The notes: generated from the sequence alone by a model not told the origin. 64,000 nucleotides of DNA from Candidatus Saccharimonadia bacterium (GCA_041743505.1 JBGTMQ010000020.1:81099-145098), one strand, 5' to 3'. Shown: positions 1 through 10,120, counted from the first letter of the stretch. Program-made: numbers and translations.

Positions 1-2
1 TG

Positions 3-809
3 TTATTCTGGCTCGCCTTCGCCCTCATTGCCGCCCTCGTCGGTCTGGGAATCTGGCGCTGCGTCACCCGTAGGGACCGCCTAGGCATCGCCCTCGTTAT
101 CGCCGGCCTCATCGCTTGGATCCTAGCCATGGGGATTGCCTGGCCACCGGTGGCGCCCATCACCCGCTGGCTAGTCGAATACGTCCCGTTCTACCGTGGC
201 TACCGGGAGCCGCAAAAATGGCTGGCATTACTGGCACTGGCCTACGCTTACCTGGGAGCAGTCGGCCTCAGCGTTATCCATGAGCGGCTCAAAGGCTGGC
301 GGCAGGATGTCGCCGTCCTATTGGTGTGCCTGCTCCCGCTATTGTGGGTACCAATGCTCTTGTGGGGCGCGGCGGGACAACTGCGGAGCGTGGAATACCC
401 CGCTAGCTGGTACGAACTGGGCCGCCGGCTGGACTCTCAACCCGGGCAGTTTAAGGTGCTGATGTTCCCGTGGCATCAATATATTGCCCTCGATTTCGCC
501 GGGCGGACAGTCGCCAACCCGGCGCCGGCGTTTATTGGCCGGCCGGTTATATCCAGCCACGATCCTGAGTTACCAGGGGTGGCAGCTCCGCGGCCGGCTG
601 ATAATATAGTGATTGAGGATGAGGTGCTCACAGAGAGGTTTTATGCGCGAAACGCCGGGTCAAAGTTGGAGCCGCTAGGAGTGCGCTATATTGTGCTACT
701 CAAGCAATCTGATTGGCGTTTGTATAAATGGCTTGACCGGCAAGAAGACCTCAAGCTGGTTGAGCAAACTGACGGCTGGAAATTGTATCAAGTGGAGGTG
801 GCCAAATGA
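3..809 (+). CDS. Polytopic membrane protein, GT-C-type glycosyltransferase-like (5' partial)
   Basis: Frame is open from the window start; several TM segments, a FYRGYREPQKW loop and a C-terminal extracytoplasmic domain (GVRYIVLLK). Confidence 0.55.
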   Translation, partial: LFWLAFALIAALVGLGIWRCVTRRDRLGIALVIAGLIAWILAMGIAWPPVAPITRWLVEYVPFYRGYREPQKWLALLALAYAYLGAVGLSVIHERLKGWRQDVAVLLVCLLPLLWVPMLLWGAAGQLRSVEYPASWYELGRRLDSQPGQFKVLMFPWHQYIALDFAGRTVANPAPAFIGRPVISSHDPELPGVAAPRPADNIVIEDEVLTERFYARNAGSKLEPLGVRYIVLLKQSDWRLYKWLDRQEDLKLVEQTDGWKLYQVEVAK

Positions 810-1555
810 ACCGGCCGGTCGGACTAGCTGGAGATATCGCTCGTGGCCAAAAGATGGTCCGGCGGCCGGCGAGCCCACTCCCGGTCCAGTTGCCTACCAA
901 GCGGCAAGTCCGCAAGTTTGTGCGGGGGCTGGGGTTAATTAGCGACATCGTGCCCCGCCAGGCCGGTGTACGCCAACCGCAAGTAACCAAGCCCATGCCT
1001 GCGCCACCCAGGCCAGTGCCAACTGCACCCACCCCGGCGCCCAGACGAGTACGCACGCCAATCGACCCAACCCGGTTATCCACAGTCCGGGTTGCTCCGG
1101 CTCAGATGACTGCGGCCCGCGTGGCGGCAGCGCCACCTCAGCCCATCCGGCTGCCAAAACTACCGGCCCAATTGCCACAAGTGCCAACCCAAATCCCAAA
1201 CCGGCGCCAGCTTCGGCGAATCGCCCGGGCACCCGGAGTAGAAAAAAATACCAAACAAATTTGGGAATACGCACAATACCCGCTAATCGCTATTGTGGCT
1301 CTGGCTAGCGCTTATAGTACCACCATCGGCCAGTGTCTCATCCTGGTGTACGGGCTAATGGCTATCTGGCAGCGGTGGGATAGCCGCCAGAGCTTTGGCA
1401 TTGCTTTGTTTTTACTGATAACCATTCCGCTCTTCCAGCTTATCGGTCAAGCCGGTATTGCTGAGAACGTCGCGGTCTATGTGTATGAGCTTTTGGTTAT
1501 TGGTACAATTCTTGCGCTTATTGAATTGCACAAATCTAACAGATTGCACAATTGA
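806..1555 (+). CDS. Hypothetical membrane protein, Pro/Arg-rich N-terminus and 3-4 C-terminal TM helices
   Basis: ATGA overlap with the upstream gene; hydrophobic C-terminus. Confidence 0.7.
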   Translation: MNRPVGLAGDIARGQKMVRRPASPLPVQLPTKRQVRKFVRGLGLISDIVPRQAGVRQPQVTKPMPAPPRPVPTAPTPAPRRVRTPIDPTRLSTVRVAPAQMTAARVAAAPPQPIRLPKLPAQLPQVPTQIPNRRQLRRIARAPGVEKNTKQIWEYAQYPLIAIVALASAYSTTIGQCLILVYGLMAIWQRWDSRQSFGIALFLLITIPLFQLIGQAGIAENVAVYVYELLVIGTILALIELHKSNRLHN

Positions 1556-1601
1556 TATGCCACAACCCGTTTGGTAAGGTTAACCCCGTACATAAGGAGG
1601 T

Positions 1602-2192
1602 GTGATGCCTATGAATAGAGGCCAAATAAAAAAAGGCATATTCGCCATCGCAGTAGTCGCTATGACTGCAGCGGTGGGAGTTGTCGGATTCGCTAATGCC
1701 GCCCCAGCGCGCGCCCTGCCCCTAGCTAACGGCTACGGTACGGGCATTGATGCAGTCCTAGAGGCGTTAGAGGTGTTCCAGGACGAAGTCCGGATGGCCA
1801 GCGACCAGTACCGTTCAGATATCCAGGCTTGCTTTGGAAATACCGAAGCTAGTCTAGGAGAGCCGGGCGCTTCAGCGCTGCGCTCCGCCGAGGCTGATAT
1901 CGACAAAAAAGTAACCCAGGTGACGGACCAGCTGAGCAAGAAAACAGCTGGCAGTACGGGGGCAAGCGCTAACGTCGGCGCTCTTGAGAATAAACTCAAC
2001 AGCGAGACAAACGTAACTATTGGCGCTCTAGACAGCGCAAATAGCGAAGTCGAGAAAAAGATCGCTCCCTTTGCCCATAACTCACAGCGCGGCGAATTGC
2101 GCCGGTGCTTGAGGGAAGCTCGCAACGACTTCAGGTCAGCAATCCATGAAGCACGTCAGGATTTCCTGCGGGTAGTTCGCAACGCCTTTTAG
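1602..2192 (+). CDS. Secreted helical hypothetical protein
   Basis: AAGGAGG SD at 1594-1600; signal peptide ending ANA-A; start could be 1605 or 1611. Confidence 0.7.
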   Translation: MMPMNRGQIKKGIFAIAVVAMTAAVGVVGFANAAPARALPLANGYGTGIDAVLEALEVFQDEVRMASDQYRSDIQACFGNTEASLGEPGASALRSAEADIDKKVTQVTDQLSKKTAGSTGASANVGALENKLNSETNVTIGALDSANSEVEKKIAPFAHNSQRGELRRCLREARNDFRSAIHEARQDFLRVVRNAF

Positions 2193-2214
2193 CGACCATT
2201 TAGTTTGATATGAC

Positions 2215-2248
2215 AAGGGTGGCCTCTACGGAGGTCACTTTTGTTTTT
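2215..2248 (+). terminator. Intrinsic terminator
   Basis: GTGGCCTC-TACG-GAGGTCAC hairpin followed by a T-rich tract. Confidence 0.75.
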
Positions 2249-2260
2249 GCCGGCAAATAA

Positions 2261-2289
2261 TTGACAACCATAACAACTTTTGATATAGT
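2261..2289 (+). promoter_or_regulatory. Sigma70-type promoter
   Basis: TTGACA-17bp-TATAGT with an extended -10 TG. Confidence 0.8.
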
Positions 2290-2315
2290 AACTCGGTCCT
2301 AAACAAGGTAACACT

Positions 2316-2345
2316 ATGAAACGAAGACTTAGACCAAGCGGTTGA
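2316..2345 (+). promoter_or_regulatory. Candidate leader peptide MKRRLRPSG
   Basis: Short ORF in a structured 5' leader, followed by an 11-bp stem (2350-2360/2381-2391). Confidence 0.45.
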
Positions 2346-2432
2346 AGCTCCCGGTAATAAGTTTCCAAATCTTTGGCAGTTTATTACCGGGAACCTCAGC
2401 CAATTGAGATCCCACAACTCAAGGAGATTAAT

Positions 2433-2801
2433 ATGTACGGCTACGCTATGAAAGCTGTATCCAGCGAGCTTGAGCTCGTCCTGCGGCCCCTATAAAGCTG
2501 ATGAATTTGAGCACTTGACGTTATGGGCTTGGTAGCCATCACCTCGGCCGCCGATCAGGACAACCCGGGCTCCGGCGGAGCATTGCAGAAACCGGGCTAT
2601 TGCCAGACCGGTATGAATTATCACGCCGGAGTTAGTTTTGGCCGGGTCATTCACGCCGACCGGTACCTACTCGTCAACCCGGCCGATCGCACCTGGAACT
2701 TCTTCTGGGGCGATGACGGCGCACCACCCGCCTTTAACATCGCCCGCCAGAAAACCCTGGCCGCCATGGAAAAGGCTGCTGGACAGGTGGCCTATCTGTA
2801 A
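2433..2801 (+). pseudogene. Degenerate RimJ/RimL-type GNAT acetyltransferase
   Basis: AAGGAG SD and ATG at 2433, LVLRP N-terminal motif, stop at 2493; downstream fragment DNPGSGGALQKPGY resembles the GNAT N-x-x-S-x-x-x-x-x-K-x-G-F motif. Confidence 0.5.
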
Positions 2802-2865
2802 ACTAGGGCGCCCCTTTTTCCGGGGTGCCCGTTTCCACTCATTATCCCTAACCATTGCTGCAAGG

Positions 2866-2965
2866 TACTGAACTGAGGGCAGTAGCACAAATAGGGAGGC
2901 CAGATTAACCCTACACTAAGCCATAGTTGAACAAATATAAAACACCTGCTGCCCTCAGTTCAGTA
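2866..2965 (+). repeat. Bipartite palindromic element E1
   Basis: TACTGAACTGAGGGCAGTA (2866-2884), CTACACTAAGCC (2911), TGCTGCCCTCAGTTCAGTA (2947-2965). Confidence 0.9.
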
Positions 2966-3222
2966 GGCAGACCAAAAGGACCCTTGATCGGTAGGGGCAA
3001 TTCACAAAATGAGGACAGTTACCGAAATATTCTATCCAACTTACGGCCGCCCCAGAAGCGTCCCACATTCGCCGGCCAGCGGTATAATTTCGCCGAAGTA
3101 CAGTCGAAATACATAAGAACAACCCAAGTGTATCTTCCCCTCTAATCTCAGTTGGCATACACTGTTGATAGCGCTTTTCAAGCAAAAGCGAGATGGCTAG
3201 TGTGGGAGGCACTTATATTTCA

Positions 3223-4635
3223 ATGGTAGCAGCCAACTTCAAACGAACTAAAATTGTCGCCACCGTCGGGCCGGCGTCAAACTCACCCCAAATTCTGGAG
3301 CGCATGCTACAGGCTGGGGTCAACAGCTTCCGGCTGAATTTTTCGCATGGCACGCATGAACAGCACGGTGAAGTAATTAAGTTTGCCCGGGCGCTGGCCG
3401 CCAAATATGACCGGCCGGTGGCCATGATCGCCGACCTGCAAGGGCCCAAGATCCGTGTTGGCACCCTGCCAACCGACGGCCTGCCGTTTGTGCGCGGCCA
3501 CAAGGTCCGGTTCGAGTACGGCGCCGACTTTGAGCGTCACGGCATCATCCCGGTCCAGCATGATGTTTCCAAATACCTCAAGCCGGGCGAACGGATCTTC
3601 CTGCGCGACGGCCAGATCGAAGTCGAGGTGGAGAAGGTCGAGAAAAAGCTGGTGACCGGCAAGGTGCTGGCGCCCGGCCTGCTCTACTCCAACCAAGGCA
3701 TGAACCTGCCCGACACCGACCTGGGCGGTGACATCCTCACGCCCAAGGACATAGCCGACATCAACTTCGCCGTCACCCACGACGCCGATTACGTGGCGCT
3801 AAGCTTCGTCCAGACCGCCCGGGATATTCTCAATTTGAAGGCGCGCCTGGTCAAGCTCAAGGCCGACGTCAAAGTCATCGCCAAAATCGAAACCGCGGCC
3901 GCCGTCGAAAACCTGGACGAAATTTTCGCCGCCACCGACGCCGTTATGGTTGCTCGCGGTGACCTGGCCATCGAGACCAAGCCTGAACTGGTCCCGGCCG
4001 TCCAGCGCCGCATGGTCACGCTGGCCCGCCGCCATCGCAAACCGGTCATTGTAGCCACGCAAATGCTCGAAAGCATGATCCAAAGCTCCTCGCCGACCCG
4101 CGCCGAGGTCAGCGACGTGGCTACTGCCGTCATCGAAGGTGCCGACGCCGTCATGCTGTCCGGCGAGACAGCCATGGGCTTGTTCCCGGTCGAGGCTGTG
4201 GCCATGATGAAACGTGTCATCCTGGCCACCGAAGGCGAACAGCTGATCGAGTGGTCAGCCACTGCTCACGAATTTGGCGCCCACGACCGCGCCAACGCCA
4301 TCTCGGCCGCCGCCACCGTGCTGGCCAACCAACTACCGGCCAAGATGCTGGTAGCCGAAACCGCCTCCGGCCAAACCGCGCTCAACATCGCCTGCTTGCG
4401 GCCGGCCGTACCCATTATCATGGTTACCAACAGCCGCCGGGTACACAACCAACTGGCTCTTGTCTGGGGCGGTAAATCGTATCTGGACAGCGACCCGGCC
4501 GCCGCCACAGAGCATGTCGTCCGCCAGATGCGCATAGCCGGCCACGTCTCCGCCGGCGACGCCTACGTCGTGGCCTCCGGCAACCAGCCCGGTGTAACCG
4601 GCGGCACCAACACCGTTTCGGTCCGGGTAGTCTAG
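3223..4635 (+). CDS. pyk: Pyruvate kinase
   Basis: RTKIVATVGPAS, RLNFSHG, DLQGPKIR, IAKIE, MVARGDL, ATQMLESM and MLSGETA motifs. Confidence 0.98.
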   Translation: MVAANFKRTKIVATVGPASNSPQILERMLQAGVNSFRLNFSHGTHEQHGEVIKFARALAAKYDRPVAMIADLQGPKIRVGTLPTDGLPFVRGHKVRFEYGADFERHGIIPVQHDVSKYLKPGERIFLRDGQIEVEVEKVEKKLVTGKVLAPGLLYSNQGMNLPDTDLGGDILTPKDIADINFAVTHDADYVALSFVQTARDILNLKARLVKLKADVKVIAKIETAAAVENLDEIFAATDAVMVARGDLAIETKPELVPAVQRRMVTLARRHRKPVIVATQMLESMIQSSSPTRAEVSDVATAVIEGADAVMLSGETAMGLFPVEAVAMMKRVILATEGEQLIEWSATAHEFGAHDRANAISAAATVLANQLPAKMLVAETASGQTALNIACLRPAVPIIMVTNSRRVHNQLALVWGGKSYLDSDPAAATEHVVRQMRIAGHVSAGDAYVVASGNQPGVTGGTNTVSVRVV

Positions 4636-4723
4636 CCCAACAAAAATTTGTCGTTATAATAAAATTACATCTGTGACATAATGATACGGTCCCTTAAGTC
4701 AGAGTCGATCACCGGGAGACAAC

Positions 4724-5053
4724 ATGTCCCAGGCTATGCTCGCACCTACCCGCCCGTCATCAGCGTATGACCCGGCAGCGGTCATTGGGCCGCTAGACCA
4801 GCCGGCTCGAAAAGCCGTTGAACAGGCTTCACGATCTTCCACCGGCTCGCCCTTCGAGCACGATTGTACGGAGATAATCTGCCAGAAACTACTGTCCGCC
4901 GGCGGATCATCGCGAACCGCCGGGGAAGTCTGGGAGACTCTCGCCCGCCGTCAAGGCCTGGCCGACCGTGAGCCGGTCATCTACACACTCTATCGCGGCA
5001 TCTTCGCCGCAGCATGGTTCGACGTAGCCATGCTAATCGAAGCGGGTGTCTAA
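4724..5053 (+). CDS. Hypothetical protein
   Basis: Own promoter-like region, GGGAG SD, hairpin terminator at 5068-5096. Confidence 0.65.
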   Translation: MSQAMLAPTRPSSAYDPAAVIGPLDQPARKAVEQASRSSTGSPFEHDCTEIICQKLLSAGGSSRTAGEVWETLARRQGLADREPVIYTLYRGIFAAAWFDVAMLIEAGV

Positions 5054-5153
5054 CAACCCGCCCCGACCACCCCTGGCTATTATTTGGCCGGGGGTGTGCT
5101 CTGTTTTATGATGTCAGAGGTTCATTCCCATCAGAGTAAAGGAGCGTGACTAG

Positions 5154-5864
5154 GTGCCTCATGCAGCTCTTGGTTATAGCCGCCGCAATATTGGCCGCCT
5201 TTTGGCTTGCCTGACAGACCTCAACCTGTATCTCTCACCCAACTGGTATCCTGTGGGCGGTGTTTGCATCCGCTGGTACCTGGTCCGGTCCAACTACAAT
5301 CTGCCCAAGCGCCCCTTTAATGGCGTGGATGTGGTCGCGGTCAGCCTCGACACCTACGTAACAGAGAAGTTCCTCATTGCGCATAACCATCCGCAAGACG
5401 GCTACTGGGCGCTCATTCACCTGGCGACCGGTACCAAGGTAAATGTTTTCTGGCCCGAGCACAGTTCGCCGCTCTATGATGCCATGCTGGTCCCGGATTT
5501 CCCGGTCCGGTTCCAATCGGCCGCCGACCAGCTTGTCACCGTCGTGGATAATATCCGCAAACCGCTCCACGGCCGGCCTCTCGACCCCAAGCAGCTCGAG
5601 GATGCCTGGCGTCTGTACCGGCTGGTCGGGCCCAAGGATAGCGAAAAGACATGGCAAGAGCGTTACCCCAATGAGCCGGACTTCAAGCAAGCCTTCGATG
5701 AGGCGCAAGAGGCCTGCGCCCTGCGGCCGGAGCTTATCCGGCCCGGCCTCTACACGAACCTGCGTCATCTTGCCCGGCAAGCCCTGGTGTGCTCCGAATG
5801 CCGGCATATCGCCGAGTATCCACTAGCCTCAAAGATGCGCATCGCCAGGGCATACCGGCGCTAA
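5154..5864 (+). CDS. Hypothetical protein, possible nucleotidyltransferase-like N-terminus
   Basis: AAGGAG SD with GTG start; VGG...(G)VDVV pattern. Confidence 0.55.
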   Translation: MPHAALGYSRRNIGRLLACLTDLNLYLSPNWYPVGGVCIRWYLVRSNYNLPKRPFNGVDVVAVSLDTYVTEKFLIAHNHPQDGYWALIHLATGTKVNVFWPEHSSPLYDAMLVPDFPVRFQSAADQLVTVVDNIRKPLHGRPLDPKQLEDAWRLYRLVGPKDSEKTWQERYPNEPDFKQAFDEAQEACALRPELIRPGLYTNLRHLARQALVCSECRHIAEYPLASKMRIARAYRR

Positions 5865-5981
5865 TCCCAACACCGGCTGCTAGCATCAAAATACGGCCGT
5901 CATTTAGCAATACGGCCACCCAGCTCGCGGCGGGCTCTCTACCAACGAGAGCCCGCCGATTTTATTTCATCTCCAGGAGGG

Positions 5982-6081
5982 TACTGCCCTCAGGGCAGTA
6001 CCATTACAACCACCTATGAATAATAACTACACTAAGCCAAAATATCAGCGCGGGCAATTTCTTACTGCCCTCAGTACAGTA
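5982..6081 (+). repeat. Bipartite palindromic element E2
   Basis: TACTGCCCTCAGGGCAGTA (5982-6000), CTACACTAAGCC (6027), TACTGCCCTCAGTACAGTA (6063-6081). Confidence 0.9.
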
Positions 6082-6139
6082 GGTAGTAGGAGGGGAATGG
6101 CAAAACCCTGCCCAAAAAACCCCCACCCTCTACCGAAAA

Positions 6140-6168
6140 TTGACAATATGCAAAATTACAAGCATAAT
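6140..6168 (+). promoter_or_regulatory. Sigma70-type promoter
   Basis: TTGACA-17bp-CATAAT. Confidence 0.7.
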
Positions 6169-6212
6169 AGTATAGTCCGCCAAAATGCTCTCTCCCCACG
6201 AAGGGATCTACC

Positions 6213-6698
6213 ATGAGCATCAGAACCATCAGGCACACGTTCACTTGTCAGTCGAGCGGCCCTACAGCCGAGGAGATGGAGGGCGGGCTCGATGAACTCG
6301 AAGCTGCAGTTCAAGCCTACGTCGCACACCTTCCTGTTGGTACGTCCGTCAGCTACGGCCAGCTCGTACCCTGTCCGGCCTACAAGGCGGTCGTCTTAAC
6401 CCAAGCGGTCATCACCTGCCAGCCCACCCGAGGCCGCGGCGACCTACCACTCCGCACGGCCGAGTTTGCCTTCACTACCGGGGAACACTCTCACTGGTGG
6501 GCCGCCAAGCAGCGGGCCATGGCTGTAGACCGGTATTGGGCCAGCCTGCGCCAATGCGGTATTCCCGAGGCCGCCATCACAGTCGAGCGGATCCAAGAGT
6601 CTGACGGAAACGGCCGCCTCACCTGCATCGCTGTGGTAACGTATCGGAGCAAGTTCGAAGTCGACCCCCGCACCGGCGACCCCGTCAGTAAGGAGTAA
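6213..6698 (+). CDS. Hypothetical protein
   Basis: Promoter and AAGGGA SD upstream; 161 aa ORF. Confidence 0.7.
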   Translation: MSIRTIRHTFTCQSSGPTAEEMEGGLDELEAAVQAYVAHLPVGTSVSYGQLVPCPAYKAVVLTQAVITCQPTRGRGDLPLRTAEFAFTTGEHSHWWAAKQRAMAVDRYWASLRQCGIPEAAITVERIQESDGNGRLTCIAVVTYRSKFEVDPRTGDPVSKE

Positions 6699-6701
6699 GA
6701 A

Positions 6702-6983
6702 ATGTCGGCCTTCGCAACCCTACTGGGCGTGCTGCTACTTATCGCCCTCCCCGTAGCCGCCAGCAGCCTCTTCTACCGCCCGGAATTAACGATCTGGCCG
6801 ATTCTCACCCTGTCTGGTCTCACGGGCTGGATGCTATCGCAAGCCTACCGCTTCGGTCCAAACTGGCTCGTTCCGGCCACCTACGTCTCCATCGGGCTCA
6901 GCCTGGCCGTCATGGTCTACCGGCTGGTACAACGGCTTCGCTCATACGATAAAGCGCCCGGGCACCAACCTCAGGACAACTAA
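6702..6983 (+). CDS. Small 3-TM membrane protein
   Basis: AAGGAG SD; three hydrophobic segments. Confidence 0.7.
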   Translation: MSAFATLLGVLLLIALPVAASSLFYRPELTIWPILTLSGLTGWMLSQAYRFGPNWLVPATYVSIGLSLAVMVYRLVQRLRSYDKAPGHQPQDN

Positions 6984-7003
6984 ACCCGTCCTGAAAAATC
7001 AAT

Positions 7004-7050
7004 AACGGTACTATCGGCAGCGTCAAAGCTGCCAATAGTACCGTTTTTCT
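7004..7050. terminator. Bidirectional terminator
   Basis: AACGGTACTAT..GGCAGC / GCTGCC..ATAGTACCGTT long hairpin between convergent genes. Confidence 0.8.
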
Positions 7051-7580
7051 TATACCGGCAACCGCTCCCGGTATAGCCGCCAGATCGCTTCCAAAGTAGG
7101 CGCAAACCGCTCTGGCCGCGCCGGAATTCCGTCATCAAGCTCGCCGGCCGTCACCAGGGTAAGCCCGGCTATATCCGTACCGCTAAAAGTCGTCGGCGCC
7201 TCGCTCACCAAATAGTACGCACTGGCGAAAGTCTTATGCCCGTCAGCCAACGTTAGAAACTGGCTGCCCAAATACTGGGGCGCCGAATCTTCGTAATGAA
7301 TCTCTCTGGCCAGTGCCCGCCTGGCCGCCTCCACGGCCGTTTCGTTATGCCGGCGAATGGTCGCCACCGTGGCTCCCAGCCGCTCGGCGTACAAATTTGG
7401 CAGGTCTGCCCTGGCCGGAATCCGGCTGAGCACCACCTCCTTGGCCAAGGTTATGACCAAAACAAACACCGCATGGTATATATCCCGTGACTTATCAATG
7501 TCCTTTCGCCGCTTCTGTCCCACGACCGCTCCGGCCTCGCTTACGATGTCAACGAGCTGACCTGCATGTGCTGTGTCCAT
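7050..7580 (-). CDS. Nudix hydrolase (IDI/YfcD-like)
   Basis: LVDIV..G.VVG..R N-terminus, HAVFVLV, degenerate Nudix box ETAVEAARRALAREI. Confidence 0.75.
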   Translation of the reverse strand: MDTAHAGQLVDIVSEAGAVVGQKRRKDIDKSRDIYHAVFVLVITLAKEVVLSRIPARADLPNLYAERLGATVATIRRHNETAVEAARRALAREIHYEDSAPQYLGSQFLTLADGHKTFASAYYLVSEAPTTFSGTDIAGLTLVTAGELDDGIPARPERFAPTLEAIWRLYRERLPV

Positions 7581-7702
7581 AGCTAGTAGCATACCAGCGC
7601 CGGCCGCAGCCCATGCTTGCATAAAACAAGCCGAAGCCGCAAAATATAATCCGCGCGGGCCCACCGCCGCGCCCGGTCTCCACTCAGGAGAGGAACCCTA
7701 GC

Positions 7703-8350
7703 ATGCTTGAAACATTGGCAGCTGAACTGGGCTTCGTTGAGACAGAAGCGTTACGCACCACTCGCACCAGGCTAGTAGCCGCCATTCTGTCCGGTGACTC
7801 GGCCGAAGGTCCCCGGCTCTGGTCACAGTTCGAGGAATTGGCCGAGTTCAGGTTATCCCGTTTGCCTGATGCCGATACCAGCGATGACCGTGCCCGTGCC
7901 CGCATCGGCATCAAGCTCATCAGGGCCCATATTTGGCAGTCAGCCGAGGAGCTGGTCTGTTATTTGCGGGAGCTGTTTGAAGCCCACAAACAGGCCGAGC
8001 ACCTAGTTCTGATCAATGTCGCCGCTACCTTGACCGGATTACTCAGGCGCTACGTTAGCTATGGGGAGTACTTCCAGGCCCAGGGACTGGATGAAGCTGC
8101 TATCGAGTATTACCTCCACGATGAGGATGATACGGGGCTCACTGACAAGCAGCGGGGGATACTCAACCTCCGGCTCACCGAGTGCTATCGGTCCTTGCTC
8201 ACCACACATCCTGGCGACACGGATCTCAAAGACCTCATGGATGACTCGCTCCAAAGCGCCCTCGTCTATCTGGACGGTGAGGTTGAGCAAGGCAAGGCCC
8301 AGCGTCTGCTCGACGAAGTATCCAAGGGTCGGAAAGAGCCGCACCCATGA
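7703..8350 (+). CDS. Hypothetical helical protein
   Basis: AGGAGAGG SD; 215 aa. Confidence 0.7.
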   Translation: MLETLAAELGFVETEALRTTRTRLVAAILSGDSAEGPRLWSQFEELAEFRLSRLPDADTSDDRARARIGIKLIRAHIWQSAEELVCYLRELFEAHKQAEHLVLINVAATLTGLLRRYVSYGEYFQAQGLDEAAIEYYLHDEDDTGLTDKQRGILNLRLTECYRSLLTTHPGDTDLKDLMDDSLQSALVYLDGEVEQGKAQRLLDEVSKGRKEPHP

Positions 8351-8589
8351 TTCGACGGCCGGAGTACCCGCAACTGTTCGTCTGCAACGGTGTGCCCAAT
8401 CAGGCCACGGACTTTCAGGTATCAGTCGGCGACCTCACCTGGGTAACCATGCCTCATCTCAAGGCCGAGCGGCATCCCGGGTTTCTCATCCTGGAAGTCC
8501 CGGCCGTCACCGGCGCTACCAGAATCATCATCCATCCAGAGACTCTCGCCCGGCCAGTCCCACGGTCAACCATCACGCCATCATGTTGA
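8347..8589 (+). CDS. Hypothetical protein
   Basis: ATGA coupling to the upstream gene; hairpin follows. Confidence 0.55.
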   Translation: MIRRPEYPQLFVCNGVPNQATDFQVSVGDLTWVTMPHLKAERHPGFLILEVPAVTGATRIIIHPETLARPVPRSTITPSC

Positions 8590-8725
8590 CCACCAGACCC
8601 CCAAAAACTTTAATAGTTGGCGGGGGTATTTTCTTTTATTGCAATTACAAAGTTTTGTGGTATAATAAACAATGCACCTTAATTAACCACATTCCCTTGG
8701 ATCCCACCACTGATTGGGGCGCTTT

Positions 8726-9502
8726 ATGGCAGGCACCATTAGGCGGCGTTACGGCTTGCCCATGGCAAGTACCGCTGGCATCTTCGAATTGTTCCTAGGA
8801 TCACTCGTCGTGGCGGGCTTCCTTTGGCTAGTCGCCCGCTCCTGGATGGAACTACCGTTCGACGCCCCCTGGCAAATTCGTGGTAGCATGACCGACGGCC
8901 TGGGCGATGTCTGGTTTATCTTCGTCTGGGGTACAGGCATCACGTTCTTGGTAGGGTTTCTTCAAATACTGGCGCGTCAGCCCCGGGACGAGGAGCCGGC
9001 CGAGATATTCCTCGTTGGATTATGGAAGAGCCTCAACGCCGGACTGTTCGAGGAAATGATTTTCCGGTGGCTGATGTTCATGTCCGTCATGGTGCTCCTC
9101 CAATTCCTCAACTTCATCACCTTCGGAATCGTCCGCTGGGTGTATGTCGAAGGCTTCATCCCGCTGGCAAACTGGCTGACTCTGGGCGCTCTTAGCCCGC
9201 AACTGCTTGGCGCCGGCTGGGTCCTAGCCGCCGCGGTTGTGATGTGTAACTGGAGATTCCAGACAGGCCATATCTATTTGGGGTGGTTCGGCTGGCTCAA
9301 TTCCTGGTTCCTCGGCATGGTCTTCTTCTGGCTCATGTTTAACTATGGGCTCTGGACCGCTATTGTCGCACACATTCTCTATGACGCTGGAATCTTCACC
9401 GTCGCAGCCATCGTTGCTACCATGCAGCCCCGGTATTCCCGCTACAATTCTATCCGCCAGATCGTTCGGAGTAGCAACCGGAGAAGATACCGGGCCAGCT
9501 GA
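8726..9502 (+). CDS. CPBP (CAAX/Abi) intramembrane glutamic protease family
   Basis: GLFEEMIFR, FQTGH and AHILYD motifs; multiple TM helices. Confidence 0.85.
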   Translation: MAGTIRRRYGLPMASTAGIFELFLGSLVVAGFLWLVARSWMELPFDAPWQIRGSMTDGLGDVWFIFVWGTGITFLVGFLQILARQPRDEEPAEIFLVGLWKSLNAGLFEEMIFRWLMFMSVMVLLQFLNFITFGIVRWVYVEGFIPLANWLTLGALSPQLLGAGWVLAAAVVMCNWRFQTGHIYLGWFGWLNSWFLGMVFFWLMFNYGLWTAIVAHILYDAGIFTVAAIVATMQPRYSRYNSIRQIVRSSNRRRYRAS

Positions 9503-9550
9503 TCGCTCTCCTGTCATCACCCTTCACTCGCGCTCAGGTAGGAGTTGAAA

Positions 9551-9781
9551 ATGTCCAACACAAGGCATCTGTCCATTGAGTACCGCGGCCGGGAGGTCAC
9601 CAATCCGTACGCCCGCGCCGCCGGCACAGTGGGCATCTTGTTGGCCTGTGTCTGTCTGCCGTTTATTGCGGTCTTGCATCCTTTGATGCTCGTCCTCGGT
9701 CGCCGCGGATTCGTCACGCACGAGTACGACAGTGCCACCACCACGATCACGATTTCAGGGGCCGGCTTCAAGAAGGACTAA
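9551..9781 (+). CDS. Small membrane protein
   Basis: AGGAG SD; one long hydrophobic segment. Confidence 0.6.
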   Translation: MSNTRHLSIEYRGREVTNPYARAAGTVGILLACVCLPFIAVLHPLMLVLGRRGFVTHEYDSATTTITISGAGFKKD

Positions 9782-10020
9782 CCACCAGCAATGTCCCGCC
9801 CGACAGCTCTGGGTATCGCAAGATACTCAGAGCATTCTTTTTTAGGCCCTAATACTTGCATTACTTACCACCGACACCATCCCCGGCCATAACTGCAAAA
9901 TTGAGATGGTGCTCGCACCCCTCGCCACCAATGGCCGGCTAGCCATGAAGATTCTGTTTCACCTAGTCCCGCCGCAACCCCAGGCAACCCAGCCTGGGGT
10001 TCTACTTTCTCTGCCAAGGG

Positions 10021-10120
10021 GACTGAACTGAGGGCAGTACACAATTTGTCAGCACCGAATAAAAGCTGCGCCAAGCCAATACATGAAAGACTCAAACACC
10101 TTACTGCCCTCAGTTCAGTA
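10021..10120 (+). repeat. Bipartite palindromic element E3
   Basis: GACTGAACTGAGGGCAGTA (10021-10039), CTGCGCCAAGCC (10066), TACTGCCCTCAGTTCAGTA (10102-10120). Confidence 0.9.

Noticed and set aside
5982-6081. LexA SOS boxes (TACTG...CAGTA)
   Set aside because: The E. coli-type box is CTG-N10-CAG with an AT-rich centre. These are CTG-N9-CAG and GC-rich, E5 and E6 lack CTG/CAG, and none lies before pcrA.
9901-9930. tRNA-like 3' end (..CTCGCCACCA)
   Set aside because: No TTCG T-loop or cloverleaf upstream.
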